A DNA stretch of 63,840 nt, the filler included, from Choristocarpus tenellus KU-1152 (lineage: Eukaryota > Protista > Phaeophyceae), in the NCBI GenBank assembly GCA_964200185.2. It is 13 parts of 13 records of this genome, joined end to end, with 100 filler letters (N's around TTAATTAATTAA, not from the genome) between each part and the next. Parts side by side here need not be neighbours in the genome. Positions count along the whole stretch, not along the records: positions 47,280 to 51,622 come from CAXNAD020015015.1; positions 51,723 to 54,928 come from CAXNAD020021555.1; positions 55,029 to 60,328 come from CAXNAD020011232.1; positions 60,429 to 63,840 come from CAXNAD020020217.1; 9 more parts are not named here. One strand, given 5' to 3'. Position 1 is the first letter of the stretch; every line of letters begins with the position of its first letter. This document shows positions 50,401-62,926 of this stretch, piece after piece. The notes under the pieces were generated by a model. That model did not search any database and had not been told where the DNA came from. It saw nothing but the letters and a program-made list of their open reading frames with translations. The position numbers and the translations under genes were made by a program.

Positions 50401-52340
50401 GAAATCATTCTGGGATAGCAATGTAGATTATTAGTTATTTCAAGCAAGTTTAAAGCACCAAGACTTGGGTGTTGTCTAATAATAATAAGCCCTTCGCCAC
50501 ACTCAGTCTGGTAAGGTTATCTTGGCTTAAGGTTAGGGTTAGGACCGGGACTTAGAGTGAGAGAAACAAAATTGGGTGAAATTGGTACTCGACACAATCA
50601 AAGAAGTATCACCTTTCGTGGAACGATATTGCAGTAAATTGCCATCCATGATACCATCAATGGTTTGTTTGTCTCCAATGCATACCCCCCTGACCGAAAA
50701 AATCGGTTTCAGATTTTATTAATGTACATATTCGATGGTGATGTGACATGGAAGGCGGTTCTTACTCAAGCAAGAAGCGTTCTATTGCACACAAATATGA
50801 AACACTACAGGATAGCCTAGATGATACAACAACAGATCAGGAGGATATGTTCACCCTACATTCTCCTCTACCCCCCACAAGTCTTTTTTAAGTCAGTGTC
50901 ACCATCAGGGAAGGTTTTCATATAAAATGCATACAGTATATCTCCACCTTTGTTGGTTGTTAAACCATAGTGCGTATGTCTGCGTGAAGCAGAGTCATGC
51001 TTGTTGGAGACGCCAGGAATACATCAAGAGTGTGTTTGAATTGGCATGGTCCTTTAGGTTTTGTCCGTTCACCAATCCGACCTAATTTGAGTCAAAGCAA
51101 ACTAGAGGTACCCAGAGTCGAATTCTAAGGGTGTGGACGAATGTGTGCAAAATTCGGCTTTTTTTTATAAATGCATGTAAGAATATTTTCTGAATTATGT
51201 CAGAATTTTTTTCATACAATAGAGAAATAAACCGTCTCAGGCCAGACTGTGAACTTCACAATTACTAAAGATAAAAAAACAGACTAAAAACGCAAAAATG
51301 TTCAATAACCTGGGTACCTCTCTTACTTCAACTCTTAATATCTAACCAATTCACTCCCACAATCAAACAGTAACAGAAACCTTCGAGAATCTGTTGAGGA
51401 TATGCAACACAAGGTTGATCGGCCCCGTGACCTGCTTGATGACAACCAACTCATTGAGCTAGACACAGCGGGTGGTGAGAAAGGAGGAGAGCACCGTCAA
51501 GCAATGGCAGAACTAGAAGGTGTCCATGCACGGGGGGGGGGGGGGGGCATAGCACCCCTTGGGCGGCCCGGGGGTGATTGGGGTTAATCTGAGAATAATT
51601 GTCCCTGCAGTATATGCCAAAANNNNNNNNNNNNNNNNNNNNNNNNNNNNNNNNNNNNNNNNNNNNTTAATTAATTAANNNNNNNNNNNNNNNNNNNNNN
51701 NNNNNNNNNNNNNNNNNNNNNNTATAGTGCATCATAGCAACCTCTCCCCCCTCTCAAGTACTCTAAACAATGACTCTCAACACCACCACCCCTATCCCCC
51801 TTCCGCCCCCCAAATCACGCCTCCCCTCAACAAGCCACAGATGTGACCATTGTTCGGGCAGTGCCTCAACCCACAGAGGCAATTGCTGGCACTGCAGCTG
51901 TCAGGGGCATGACCAATGGTAGCAAATTTGACATTGCTGACCCTGCTTCGACCATGGTCTATGGATTGACCTCATTAGGTGGCCCTAACACCATTGCCAA
52001 CTTTTCTTCCTCTCAACACATTCCTCCATTGACACCCATATTGGCAACTGAGGTAAAAAATCCTCAGAATACGGGAGAAGCAGCAAGTGAGATAGGTGCA
52101 GATGACAACCCAGGGCTTGGGGGGAAAGGGGATTGGGACTTGCAATCAGAGCCTGGGGCAGCAGGGGGTAGCATGGGGTTGCACAGTAGTGTGAGGCGGA
52201 GGAGTGCACTTCACAGGGGTGTGGCAGGATTGAAGTTTGGGCCAAGAAGAAAGGCACAGGGTGGGGGAAATGCTACATTAACAGAAGCAGCTGTGGAAGA
52301 GTCAGCCAGGGGGAGGGTGGGTATGAGGACGCCTAAATAG
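44424..52340 (+). CDS. 3' part of an unidentified coiled-coil protein gene; putative exons 44424-44588, 48487-48565, 49015-49186, ~49931/49962-50107, 51371-51519, 51841-52340
   Basis: AG/GT-bounded open exons rich in E/K/R/Q (e.g. TEIKQTRHDCEHGEEAIQRIEQNLYGEQQKTKEAQEEVDGLH). Phases are compatible at most junctions, including across two linkers; the last exon is low-complexity and ends in TAG. Confidence 0.55.
46136..46364. mobile_element. MITE family B, copy 3
   Basis: GAGTCAAACCAACTGAGAGGTAGGCAGG...CCTGCCTACCCCTCAGTTTGGCTC; TCC/TCC flanks. Confidence 0.85.
47280..47356. mobile_element. MITE family A, right end after linker
   Basis: GACGCGGCTCTACCCACTAAGATACTTTGACTC. Confidence 0.85.
47859..48124. 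repeat. Degenerate interspaced ~30-nt repeat array (4 units)
   Basis: CATGGTCNNGACATGTNAGAGAATGTTNGAC-like units start at 47862, 47905, 47979 and 48039. Confidence 0.6.
48320..48470 (+). mobile_element. tRNA-derived SINE candidate / tRNA pseudogene
   Basis: Pol III A box TAGCTCAGCGG (48330-48340) and B box GAGTTCGAACC (48386-48396); no clean cloverleaf; 3' part ACGGATTGTACACCT...CCTGGA.TATC.TGT recurs on the minus strand at ~9663-9710. Confidence 0.55.
51089..51334. mobile_element. MITE family C, copy 3
   Basis: GAGTCAAAGCAAACTAGAGGTACCCAG...CTGGGTACCTCTCTTACTTCAACTC. Confidence 0.82.
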
Positions 52341-52542
52341 AAAGTGAGAGAAGTAGTTGTGTGCTTTCCAGAACCTTTGTTGCATTTCCTGTAGAATTTT
52401 GTATCTCAAGCTGGTCATTTTCAAATTGTTTGGTCAGTGTTGGGGAGTAGGTTCGCGTGCAACTTTTTCATCAAATACAAAAACCCTTAGGTGTTAGAAC
52501 TGTGATCATTTTCAATGGAAAAATGCCTATGCTCAGGAGTTG

Positions 52543-52644
52543 AATAGGATGTGAGAGGATCCTGTGTTGTATTTATAATTTTTTCAGGGCTGCTGATTAT
52601 CGGTCCAGTTTGGACAGACAGAAAGAATCCTCTCACATCCTATT
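52543..52644. repeat. Perfect 18-bp inverted repeat around 66 bp; possible tiny TA-targeting MITE
   Basis: AATAGGATGTGAGAGGAT ... ATCCTCTCACATCCTATT. Confidence 0.7.
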
Positions 52645-53412
52645 GTGATAAGACTTCTTCAGCTTTAAGCCTTTTATGTTTATGTAGATCCAAGCAGTCA
52701 TTTCCTACCCACCCTGTGTGGTGTTTGTAGAGGTGCTGTAGAAAACTCATGTAATGCAAATATCTTCTCACTAAGAATTTAGTGAATTATGTTTACACGT
52801 ATTGAGTCTATTGCTTGGAGGAGTGGAAAAGGTTTTTATTTTCTACCTACACTTAGTAAAAAGTTGGTTAATGTTGAGCAACAGAAAAGCACCCATAACA
52901 GTACTCTACACAACAATGAGCTTGTTTTAATTCAGAGGAGAGTGGATCATGAGAATATACGAAGTAGAGTGGTTACCGTGTAAGGTATAGCTAGGTGCAG
53001 TGGTGAGCTTGTTCTTGCATCAAAATTGTTACTGTTATAAAAGCACATCTATGGTTAAAACCTCCCTCCCTCACTATTTTATCTTTCCATTCCAAACTTA
53101 CTAGGTCAATCTGCACAAATTGATCGCACTATATTATCTTAGTTTTTAGTATCGCTGCAGACACACAGCAGGGACAAGGGCAGAGATTCGTACGAACATT
53201 CATCTACCCAAACAATCATACACTACTTACTGTGTTGTACACAATACTACCTACCGTAGAGCTATTTGGAAGCAGCAAGCGATGATTGCCATGGCATACA
53301 AAGTTTCTATCAGCAAAAATGTACTGAGGAATGAAATCTCAACAATTTTGTTGATTGCGAAGGACAAAAATTCACACCATATAAAACCTCTAAGAGTAAC
53401 TGAAGACACTAC

Positions 53413-54780
53413 GGTTTTGCTGTGCCTCCGGATTGGCAAGGGCATGCGCTACTACCCTGGCCTCATTGGTGAAGGCCACCTTGACACTCTTCTTCTGCTC
53501 TCGCTTTGCCTGTCACAGGGAATGATGGGTAACATGATGTCAACTAACTCCACAAACAGGGACTTGGAGAGTTTGAATTAGACTAGTACTTTTATCTTTA
53601 TCGCGCATCCCTCTCAATTCATCATAATTGTGTAATGTGCTTGGCATGTTCCTTTCTGACAGTGTAACCATTATGTGTTTTCACAACTCTATGTGTGTAT
53701 CCATCTTGGTGGACGTTGCTTCTGTCCAGAAGATTACATGGTGAGTTTGCACATGTTCACACATATAAATCGCAATGGGAAAATGAGCACAAAGCCTTTT
53801 GCTGCATCCATTGTTACCTCCCATTGGACAGTCTAGAAGAGGGTTCCACAGTTACATTTTTAATTTGAACCAAACCCCACAGTATCCTCATGCACTTACA
53901 TTATCTAACTCAAACAATGCTGTTGCTTCTTAAAGCTCTACCAAACTCCTACATACAAATATCAATCATAGCATGTGCAAGTTCAGACAAACGGTGAAAA
54001 TGAGTCGGGCCTCTATCCTCCATCACCTTCTTCTGTAGCTTCAGCTGCATCTTTCGTAAACGCTTTTGCTCAGCAGATTCATGTGAATCCCTCTTTTCCC
54101 CCTCATTTCTGCCTGCTGAAAGGGACACCATGCCCCTGCCATTCATTGTCCACATACCACAACAAATAATGACCCAGGGAATTGGGGATTAGTTACCTCT
54201 TGGAAAAGGCATTTGAGTTAGCTCAGGCTGCCTACCTCAAAACAACCTTCAACCCCGCTTCTATGGCAACATCGTATCGCAGTGCCACCAACTAAACTTC
54301 TTTGCTTCAATCACTGAACTAGGACCCTAGTACCACCCTGTACAGCTCTAGCCTTGCATACACAGTTTAATCTGGCAAATATCTCTATCCTGCTGTGTGC
54401 ATGTCAGTACTACAAGCACAATCAGGATGCTTGATCCGGTCAAGACAGTTGGGGAGAGTCCAAGAAATACTTGTGTAGTCCCATGAGTATGCTACATACT
54501 CTTAAACTGTAAAGGGGTTAGGCCAAACCCCAAAACATTGCCTCAAAAATATATACATTTTAGAAGTCTCAAAATGCCTCCCCCTCAATCAAGCCCCAGC
54601 ACATACAGGATCTTCAATTATTTTCCTCCCAGAGCCCGACCAGAAATTGTCTTGGATATTTTGTATTAGATCAGCCCTCATGTAATATCTGTAAGTAAAA
54701 ATGATAAAATTAGAAGTACTCTGGATTCCTCCTTTTGACATATTATCTTGGAGGCTCTCAGAGTCCTGCAATATCTAAAT
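53413..54780 (-). CDS. Putative exons of an unidentified minus-strand gene
   Basis: Exon-like open segments, e.g. RNEGEKRDSHESAEQKRLRKMQLKLQKK|GT (~54027-54112) and KSVKVAFTNEARVVAHALANPEAQQN (~53415-53495). The structure was not resolved. Confidence 0.3.
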
Positions 54781-55527
54781 AGAGGGAAATGAAGGTGCAT
54801 ATTTCACCTCTGACATCATATCTTAGAGGTTCACACACCACTGAAACATCTAAATGGTGGATAATGAACCAGGTGCAAGTTGGTGGTCCATGGGAGGGCA
54901 AGGGAAGAAAAGGTAGTACCGTGGGGGGNNNNNNNNNNNNNNNNNNNNNNNNNNNNNNNNNNNNNNNNNNNNTTAATTAATTAANNNNNNNNNNNNNNNN
55001 NNNNNNNNNNNNNNNNNNNNNNNNNNNNCTCTTCCTTATATTATTATCTATTGCGCACGTCATCAGACACGTCAAAATGTGTCTGTGTCAGTCGCACTAC
55101 GTCAGCTACTTACATTGAACAAATTAAGATATCAATCCATCGAAACTCGAACCTGTGGCTCTAAGCACACCAAATCAAATCCTTGACCCTTACTCTACTC
55201 AGTCAATACTTCTCTCATATTCTACTGTTCACTAAATGTATAACTTCCTATAGAGTTCCTAGCCTATATTGCACAGTATCCATCCAGAAATTCTGTTGAG
55301 TACTACAGGTGCTCGTATAATATCCTCCAGGCAGAGTACAAGGGATGCCCACCCACTAACAGATATTGCGTAGTTGCCTGACCATGCATGGGCATGTGAT
55401 GCTGCACCTGTCCTCCCTGTGGCTCAAGGGATGTGTGTGCATGCCTGGTGTTGACATCTTGCCTTCTGCATCTAGACACACCAACGTGCTTCCTCTACCC
55501 CCAAGAATCAGTAGACAGAAAGGCGAA

Positions 55528-55786
55528 GAGTGAAAGTATTTTAGAGGGTACATGGTTTTCCCTGTTTGTCCGTTTGGGGCTTGACTTCCCACGGGTTTAT
55601 AATGACATCTTACCTATTCCAAAATGTTTCGGAGCAGGCATAATGTATATGTTAAGAAAAGGAGTGTCCGGAATAACGATATTGACATCTCCTAACAAAA
55701 TGATAGCCAAAAATTACATCAAAATTGCAACATTAGATTTTGGCCCCCAAATGGACGTGGCTCTACCCTCTAAGATACTTTGACTC
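55528..55786. mobile_element. MITE family A, exact 4-bp TSD CGAA
   Basis: CGAA|GAGTGAAAGTATTTTAGAGGGTAC...CTACCCTCTAAGATACTTTGACTC|CGAA. Confidence 0.95.
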
Positions 55787-56320
55787 CGAATTCTGGGATG
55801 GGATCCGCCTAGCTAGTTCGAGGGAATGAGTGAAATTGCCCCCGCATTGGTTCCTTGCCCAAACTGATATCTATATAGTGCCAAAGACACAGCCTAGGGC
55901 CCACTTCCAAGCCTCAGATTCGCAGGGACGCTTGCCAGTGTTTGGGAGATGGAATTGGCTTTGCTGGTTTGAGGGTTTGCGGGGACTATCTCTAAGTACA
56001 CGCAGACCTGTATGGTTGTATTAATAGTGATATCATTGTATGCAGGAAACTCAAAAGAGGTGACAAGACTTTAATATGGAGCAATGCAAAAGCGGTCCCA
56101 GCTCAAGGTGCAAGGGAGGATGCGGAGAAACAAGCGGTGGGATGGGATGATTGAACCCAACGTGCAAGAAGCAAGGCATGAAAGGACTTCATCGAATCAG
56201 TTTAGTAGAACAATAAAGTAGGAGTAGTATCCTCGTATACCTCGTTGGTTGATGGATGATATTCCCTCTATTATCTTGGCCAGTTCAAACCTCAAACCCG
56301 GAACCGTTTTATAGGGAAAA

Positions 56321-56579
56321 GAGTGAAAGTATCTTAGAGGGTACGAGTTTTGCCCTGTTTGTCCAATTGGGACTTGGCTTCCCATGGGTTTTTTTATGAC
56401 ATATTCCTACTCCAAAATGTTTTGGAGTAGATATAATGTATACGTTATGGAAAGGTGTGTCCGGAACAAGGATATTGATACTTCCTAACAAACACGATAG
56501 CCAAAATTTCATCAAAATTGCAACATTGGATTTCGACCCCCAAATGGACGCGGCCCTACCCTCTAAGATACTTTGGCTC
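56321..56579. mobile_element. MITE family A (near-consensus copy)
   Basis: GAGTGAAAGTATCTTAGAGGGTAC...CTACCCTCTAAGATACTTTGGCTC; flanks AAAA/TAAA. Confidence 0.95.
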
Positions 56580-57724
56580 TAAATTTTTTGAGTATTCAAA
56601 ATCCATGTGGCAAACACTATGGATTGTACGCCTGTACCATCCTATCTGTAGTTATGCTATATACACACTGGAAACCCAAAATGAGGAGGGAAGTCCTCAA
56701 TGTCAACCTAAATCGAGGTGGGGAGGTCCAGTTTGAAATTGAAGGAAGCAGGTGGAGCGACGAGCGGTGGGATCACAGAACCCAATGCACTAGAAGCATG
56801 ACACGAACAAAGCGAGTGCAACTAGCTGTGGCGACAAAATTAGTCGAAGTCGGTTGTATGAGACGTGTCGCAGTGTGTAAATGTCTCGGACCATGGACAG
56901 GGCTAGTCTTCCCATCCAAAAGTGTGAACAATAGTATTATTTTGTTAGTATTTTGTGTAAACCTTACATCTTTAGGGGTTGGGGGCATGCAATAAGACGA
57001 GTGAACTAGTCACAGTCTGTGGTCCTGCCTAAAGCTTTTCCTGAATCACTCTGCCTACTGGTCTGGGAACCGCCCAGAAGGTCAACCAACAATTTGTCTT
57101 GGTCATGTAAGGGCTTTGCTTGGTTTCGTCTTTCCTTTTATAGGGTTCCTACCTGAGGACTCAACTATGATGTGCATTACATATTACTAGTATAGAGCAT
57201 AATATACCACCTTGTGGTGCAACGTGTATGTGAACGACGAGCATGGATGTGTAGTTTGCACCATGCCCATCCTCTTTGACCAATATGTGACAACCAAAGG
57301 GACTCGTAGTTGGTGAACTTGCAGATTGAAAGCGGAAGTAAGGTGGTAAGCGAGACGCACTAATGGATATACCTGGAAAACAACTTCGAGAATGTTGAGA
57401 TCGCGATCGAGAAATTAAGTAAGGGTAGCAAACCGACACAGGTAGTACGATTGTGTGATCAATGGAACCAGGTGCTTCACAGATGACATGAGATGAATGC
57501 CAGAGAAGCTGTGATAGCTGACGGCGTATGTCGTGCTTTAGCAGCAGCTAATGGAACCCAAGAAAATCAGGGAGCACGTATACTCATCACTACCTGCTAA
57601 GTGCTGGAAAAAAGCCCTTGGCCTCTTTTCTTTGGGTTGATTTTTCTTGTGTCTCTATTTCCTCTGTGTAATACAGGGTTGGCGGTGGTGCTTCCGACTC
57701 GATGGACTGGGTGTGTCACTGATG

Positions 57725-57987
57725 GAGTGAATATATCTTAGGGGGTACAATTTTTGCCCTGTATGTCCGTTTGGGGCTTGACTTCCCATGTTTTTTTATG
57801 ACATTTTACCCATTCCAATATTTTTCGGAGTAGATAAAATGTGTACGTTATCAATAGGTGTGTCCGGAACAAGGATATTGACACTTCCTAACAAACATGG
57901 TGACAGCCAAAATTACATCAAAATCGCACCATTGACTTCGGCCCCCAAATGGACGCAGCTCTATCCTCTAAGATTATTCTTTGACTC
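57725..57987. mobile_element. MITE family A
   Basis: GAGTGAATATATCTTAGGGGGTAC...CCTCTAAGATTATTCTTTGACTC; ATG/ATG flanks. Confidence 0.92.
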
Positions 57988-60244
57988 ATGTTTTGTTTTC
58001 CATTTTGTCCGTAGGACCTAGCAATGATGAAAATGTTAATGGTGTCCTGCACAACTTACCTCTGTCGATTTTTCTATTTTTTCTAAACTATTTTTTGTGT
58101 TAACTCTGTAGTGTTTTTTGTACTCCACAGTATTTCTCAGGTCTTGTAAAAATAGTAGTGCTTTTCCTCCAACTGCACTTTATCATGGGAATGGGACCCC
58201 TCAGATTTATGTGAATAATGCAATATTGATAATACCAACAATACTAAAAGCCAAACATACACTACTCACTACGCAATGAAAAACTGGAAACTCTGTACGT
58301 TATCAAATAACCATTGCTATACAATTGCATAGTCTACTCACCCTCTGATCTCCAGTCTGTCTATTCGTCTGTTTGACTCTCTCGCTGGCGCTGGTTAACA
58401 CACTACACTGGAGTGCTAAGTTGAGCACTCCTACACTCTCCTATACTCGGCTTAGTATGCATGTGTACGATGTGGTATTAAGGTTGTGGTCACTCTTAAA
58501 AATCAGAATTGCCCGACACATAGAGCTCTAATCATTGCTTGTGTGGCATGAGTAGTAATGAAAATCATTGTGTTGACCGCTAACCTCTGTCTAACTTTGT
58601 TCCTAAGGAAATTCCATCCATCCACACACTGGTGGGGACCCTAGGATTCACAGTGTGCAAGCACAAGAATTGTCACACCTACAGATCTTGTGTTGATCTC
58701 TCCACCCTCATGAAGTTCTGGTTATTCTTCATTTGTTATTCTCGAAAAGTACATACCACACCCTGGACATTCCTCTTGTTGGTATGCAGTACTGGATACT
58801 CCGAGTATATGCTATACCTATACCCGCCCTTGTTTGACTGATCTATAACATCACCATTCTTCATTCAGATTCAAGGCAATCTGGTATGAATTTAGCTAGC
58901 AATTATCGCAGCGTTGATGATGTTCTGTCCCAGACGTTTTTTTTTTAGTTCTTAGATTAGTGTGTGGGGGGGGGGGAAGTGTACGAGTGTCTAGAGTGAC
59001 GACCTCTGCACAAGAAGCAGGCCTCCCTTAGCTAGCCACCTCATGTTTGCATTGGGATTGCTCTCGAGAACGACTCATCCAATCACCCTTAGGCTTAAGG
59101 ATGACTTGCTAGCACGGTATTATCATCCCACCCTGAACTTCTACAAGCTTAGGGAGGTTGTGTGTGGCGCTTGAGCCTCTTTCAAACTGTACTACAAGAG
59201 GAAAGTGAGGGGACGCCTGTAAGCTCAATATTCGGGAAGAATGTTTCCAACTATCATTGAGCCATTCGATCCCAGCATTATATGGCTGCTTCTGTTCACA
59301 GTTATAGACCTCGTTGCGACACCTGAAATCCTAGAGGCTGAGCATATGAAGGATTGAGGGCATGGCATTCCTACAATCGCTGATCGTATACATCTTGAGG
59401 TCAAAGCTTGAGAAGGGAGCACCTGGCGAGACCAGTATTTCTTTTCCTCAAAGGAATTGAAATGTAAGGTTGCCGATGGGCGCATCTGTCAATTGTTCTA
59501 CTAACGTACACCCCTTTTCAGGGACTCACCCCCTTGTTTTTTTATTGTTCTTTGGGAACAGATTGCCAAATGGCCACATCACCCCCAGGCTTAGCCAATG
59601 ACTCGCTAACATCATATTGATCCGACCATAACCTTGAGCACGCTTGGGGATGGTGTGTGTCGCGATTGAGAATCTTTCAAAACTAGTTTCTGTACTATCA
59701 AGAATGGTGGGGGAGTGAAATTATAATATTTACTTTGAAGTACAATATTGTTATTCCTTGAGTCAGAGGGGGGTTCCACACCTGTACTCGAATGTCGAAA
59801 TGAATAGGATTAATTGACAGAAGAAGAGGCACAATCCTTCATCCTAGACATACATACACAACCTTTTGTTAATGTTATCGAAGAAGTATCTTGTATGTGT
59901 ATATATTTAAATGAACAATATAAGTACACTAGTAGCAACATAATATAGCACAGTGAGCCACCCACTAATTAAGGGAGTTAATCAATTCTGGCAAGAAAAA
60001 AAAAAGCGAGATATGACTAATAAAGGCTCGATGCCCACAGTTCTCTGGGTAGAGAGGAGATCCTGTCAAACATGTACCTTGTAGCTGGGTGCGGAGGCAC
60101 ATGGATGACAGCAGACATGCTCTACAGTACGAAGACACACACACCAGCACGTGCCTGTGGTCAAATGCCTACGCCAAACACTTTGCAGAGGAAGGAGCAT
60201 CCCTTGCACTATGGAGGATGGCAACGCGCTTACAGTGGACAAAC

Positions 60245-60481
60245 GACCCAAAGTATCTGGGAGGGGGAGGAGGTCTACACCAGGGTGTCCATTTGGCCCA
60301 AAATCAGGAAACGTGCACTTACATTATCNNNNNNNNNNNNNNNNNNNNNNNNNNNNNNNNNNNNNNNNNNNNTTAATTAATTAANNNNNNNNNNNNNNNN
60401 NNNNNNNNNNNNNNNNNNNNNNNNNNNNGACATGGAAAAATTGACCCCAAATGAACAGCCCCCCCCCAGATACTTTGAGCC
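60245..60481. mobile_element. MITE family D spanning a linker
   Basis: Left half GACCCAAAGTATCTGGGAGGG... and right half ...CCCAGATACTTTGAGCC are collinear with 26132-26353. Confidence 0.8.
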
Positions 60482-60974
60482 TAAAACCACTTCTTGTCCA
60501 CATATCCTCACTTATATAGACCGTCCACTAACACCTCACTTCCCCCCTCTTGTGCAATATATGCTGATAGTCTATATGGTTTATACCTGTGTAGTGAACA
60601 CTACTAGGCAACAGGAATGTTGGCTAAGTGGAACAAGTGTCATTGACTTGTGTTCGTGTGCGTAAGGTAATGAGGTCGAATCTCAGATGATCGATTTCTT
60701 AATGCTTGATAAATATGAACTAATGGAGGAGTTCTGACGTAGTACTAGTTTCACATGATAAGTGACATAGTACGATGTAACGGCAGGACACGTCTTGATG
60801 TGTCAGCTGACGAATTAGCTGATATATGTAATAAACAATAAGATAATAAGAGAGAGCACCCCCCACCACAGAGGGCTGTGCTCACTCCGCTAATAAACAT
60901 ATCCATACCACACAAAGCAAAATACTCTACTTGAGTAATTCTCTTTTGCATACTCCTCCTGTGCGTGTGGATGA

Positions 60975-61400
60975 TGACGAAACCCATCCTGTTGACTTTC
61001 TGCTGTTCTGAGAGGACTAGCTTAGTCCACAGCTTGACCTTCTTCACATTCTAGCTCTTGCACAGGTCCCATAATGAGGCAAGGGAGACCCCAGCTTTGC
61101 CTACCCATTTGTAGAAGGATGTGCAGTGTACCGATGGGACATCCCAAACGTTGAGGGGGTACTTGTACAGCGGCTACATCACTCCTTGCGACGTTGTACA
61201 AGGTCCATATGTATCCACCCCATGCAACTGGCTGTCCTACACCTTCAGATGACAGAACATGGTGATTCGGGAAATTCCGAAGTCCTCCACGATGGCTGAC
61301 ACCGTCCCCTGAGGTATCCGATTCTTGCAACCTCTCACCTCCAGGCATAGTGCTATCACGCTATTCTTCGTCGAGGTGTTTGAGTCCTGAACCCGGACAC
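60975..61400 (-). pseudogene. Mariner (DD39D-type) transposase N-terminal remnant
   Basis: RIPQGTVSAIVEDFGISRITM (HTH), GVSLASLW, KLWTKLVLSEQQKVNRMGFV (like KP.LT...K..R..F); stops present. Confidence 0.65.
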
Positions 61401-62149
61401 ACTTCTGGGTCGAAGAATTGGGACAAACAGGCGTCAACAGGAAGAGTGAGTCGCTCGAACGAGGGGGACCCTTCGTCCTAGGCATTCCAATAAACACCCT
61501 CTTCCACAGTTTCATGAGGTTTCTGAACCCCATCAAATGCGACTTGTCCAACTTTGCACTGGTGATCCTCCACAGTCATGACAGTCCACCATCTCAAATT
61601 TGGCGCACCTCCCAATTGATATGATAATTTAGCCTCATTCGGTAATTTGATCTCGTGGTTCCTTCCCGGTGAGAAGGAGCTTGCAAAAGTTATACTCCAT
61701 TGATGTTCCGAATAGAGGAAGTATATATTATTTTGTCCGTCGACTTGTTGCAGGGATTGTCATGTAGGATCCACAAGAAATGTATAGGGGAGGAAACAAC
61801 AATAAATAATTACTACAATGAGACTGGAGAAGAGGAAAGATCGTGTAAAGAATGTAACAAATTACAGATAGGACTACCACTATGTCATAAAATACGCCAG
61901 CTTGTATGAAAAAAATGGATCAGATAACAAAAAACACTTCAAAAACTCACCCCAAAAAAATAATATTACCTCCGTGCCGTAAGTCTGTGCTGCGTTGTCC
62001 GTATCTTTTGAAGATGATGAAATTAATTTCTGAAAAAATATTTGGAATCCTTCACGAATTTCTGGTTAGGGTCAGCTCTTTTTATTATTTTTACTCCCCA
62101 TCCATCATAATTTTATCAGCCACAGAAAAAGTCTCTCTATGTCTACCTT

Positions 62150-62540
62150 AGGCGTGTTTCAAGCTCAAACAAGACAACTGCCTCTTCCTTACCCCTGTAT
62201 GCTTCATGTTGAAGTCATTCCCCATTTTGTATCTAAGTACTCAATTGTACGCTACAAAAAGGAGCTGCCAAGCCCTCTCAACTGTAGTTTCATCATACTC
62301 CTTATACTATTTCTTATTAACCTTCACCATCTTCTCAATGGACCCAAACCGCTCCCCTATCACCCGGCATTGCAAAGACCTGAAGAAGCATAGGTTCATG
62401 ATATTGAGGTCGGGGGAGTTTCTCGTTCACTTTGACTCAATGATATCTTCATTCTCCAAGCTATCTGTGTTTACCGCGCTCAACTAGTTTGCGCTTCTCA
62501 CCACAAGATCCAAAAATCCTCATTTCATGGAATGGACTAC
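62150..62540 (-). pseudogene. Mariner (DD39D-type) transposase C-terminal remnant
   Basis: NSPDLNIMNLCFFRSLQCRV...YDETTVERAWQLLF...VL...GNDFNMKHTGVRKRQ; possible TIR remnant TACCTCCGTGCCG at ~61967. Confidence 0.85.
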
Positions 62541-62675
62541 ACCCCTGCAAACTATTCTTCAAGTCGGTCGATTGAGAGGGTGGTTAATGATTTCACATAC
62601 CACGCTTGCTTCAATCGTGTAGTTATTTCCTTGTAGTGTTGCTGAGCCTCTACAAAAGCTGAATGTTGCACTATA

Positions 62676-62926
62676 TAGTAAAAGCATTTTTGAGTGTAGG
62701 AGTTTTGCCCTGTTTGTCCGTTCAGGGCTTGGCTTCCCCAAGTGTTTTTGGTTCCCTTTTTCGATTTGCTGTGTGAACACAGTTACCTAAATTTTATATG
62801 ACTACGAAAGGTGTGTCCGGAGTAAGGCTATTGACACCTGCTAACAAAGACTATAGCCAAAATTCATCAAATTCACAATAATTGATTTATACAGACGCGG
62901 CTCTACCCTCTTAAATTCTTTGGCTC
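62676..62926. mobile_element. MITE family A, older degenerate copy, 4-bp TSD TATA
   Basis: TATA|TAGTAAAAGCATTTTTGAG...CTACCCTCTTAAATTCTTTGGCTC|TATA with conserved interior. Confidence 0.88.

Noticed and set aside
55433-58021. Recurring short ORFs such as MGSQAPNG..., MDAALPSKILW and KGVSGT.IL
   Set aside because: They are translations of the non-coding MITE A sequence; frames are not conserved between copies.
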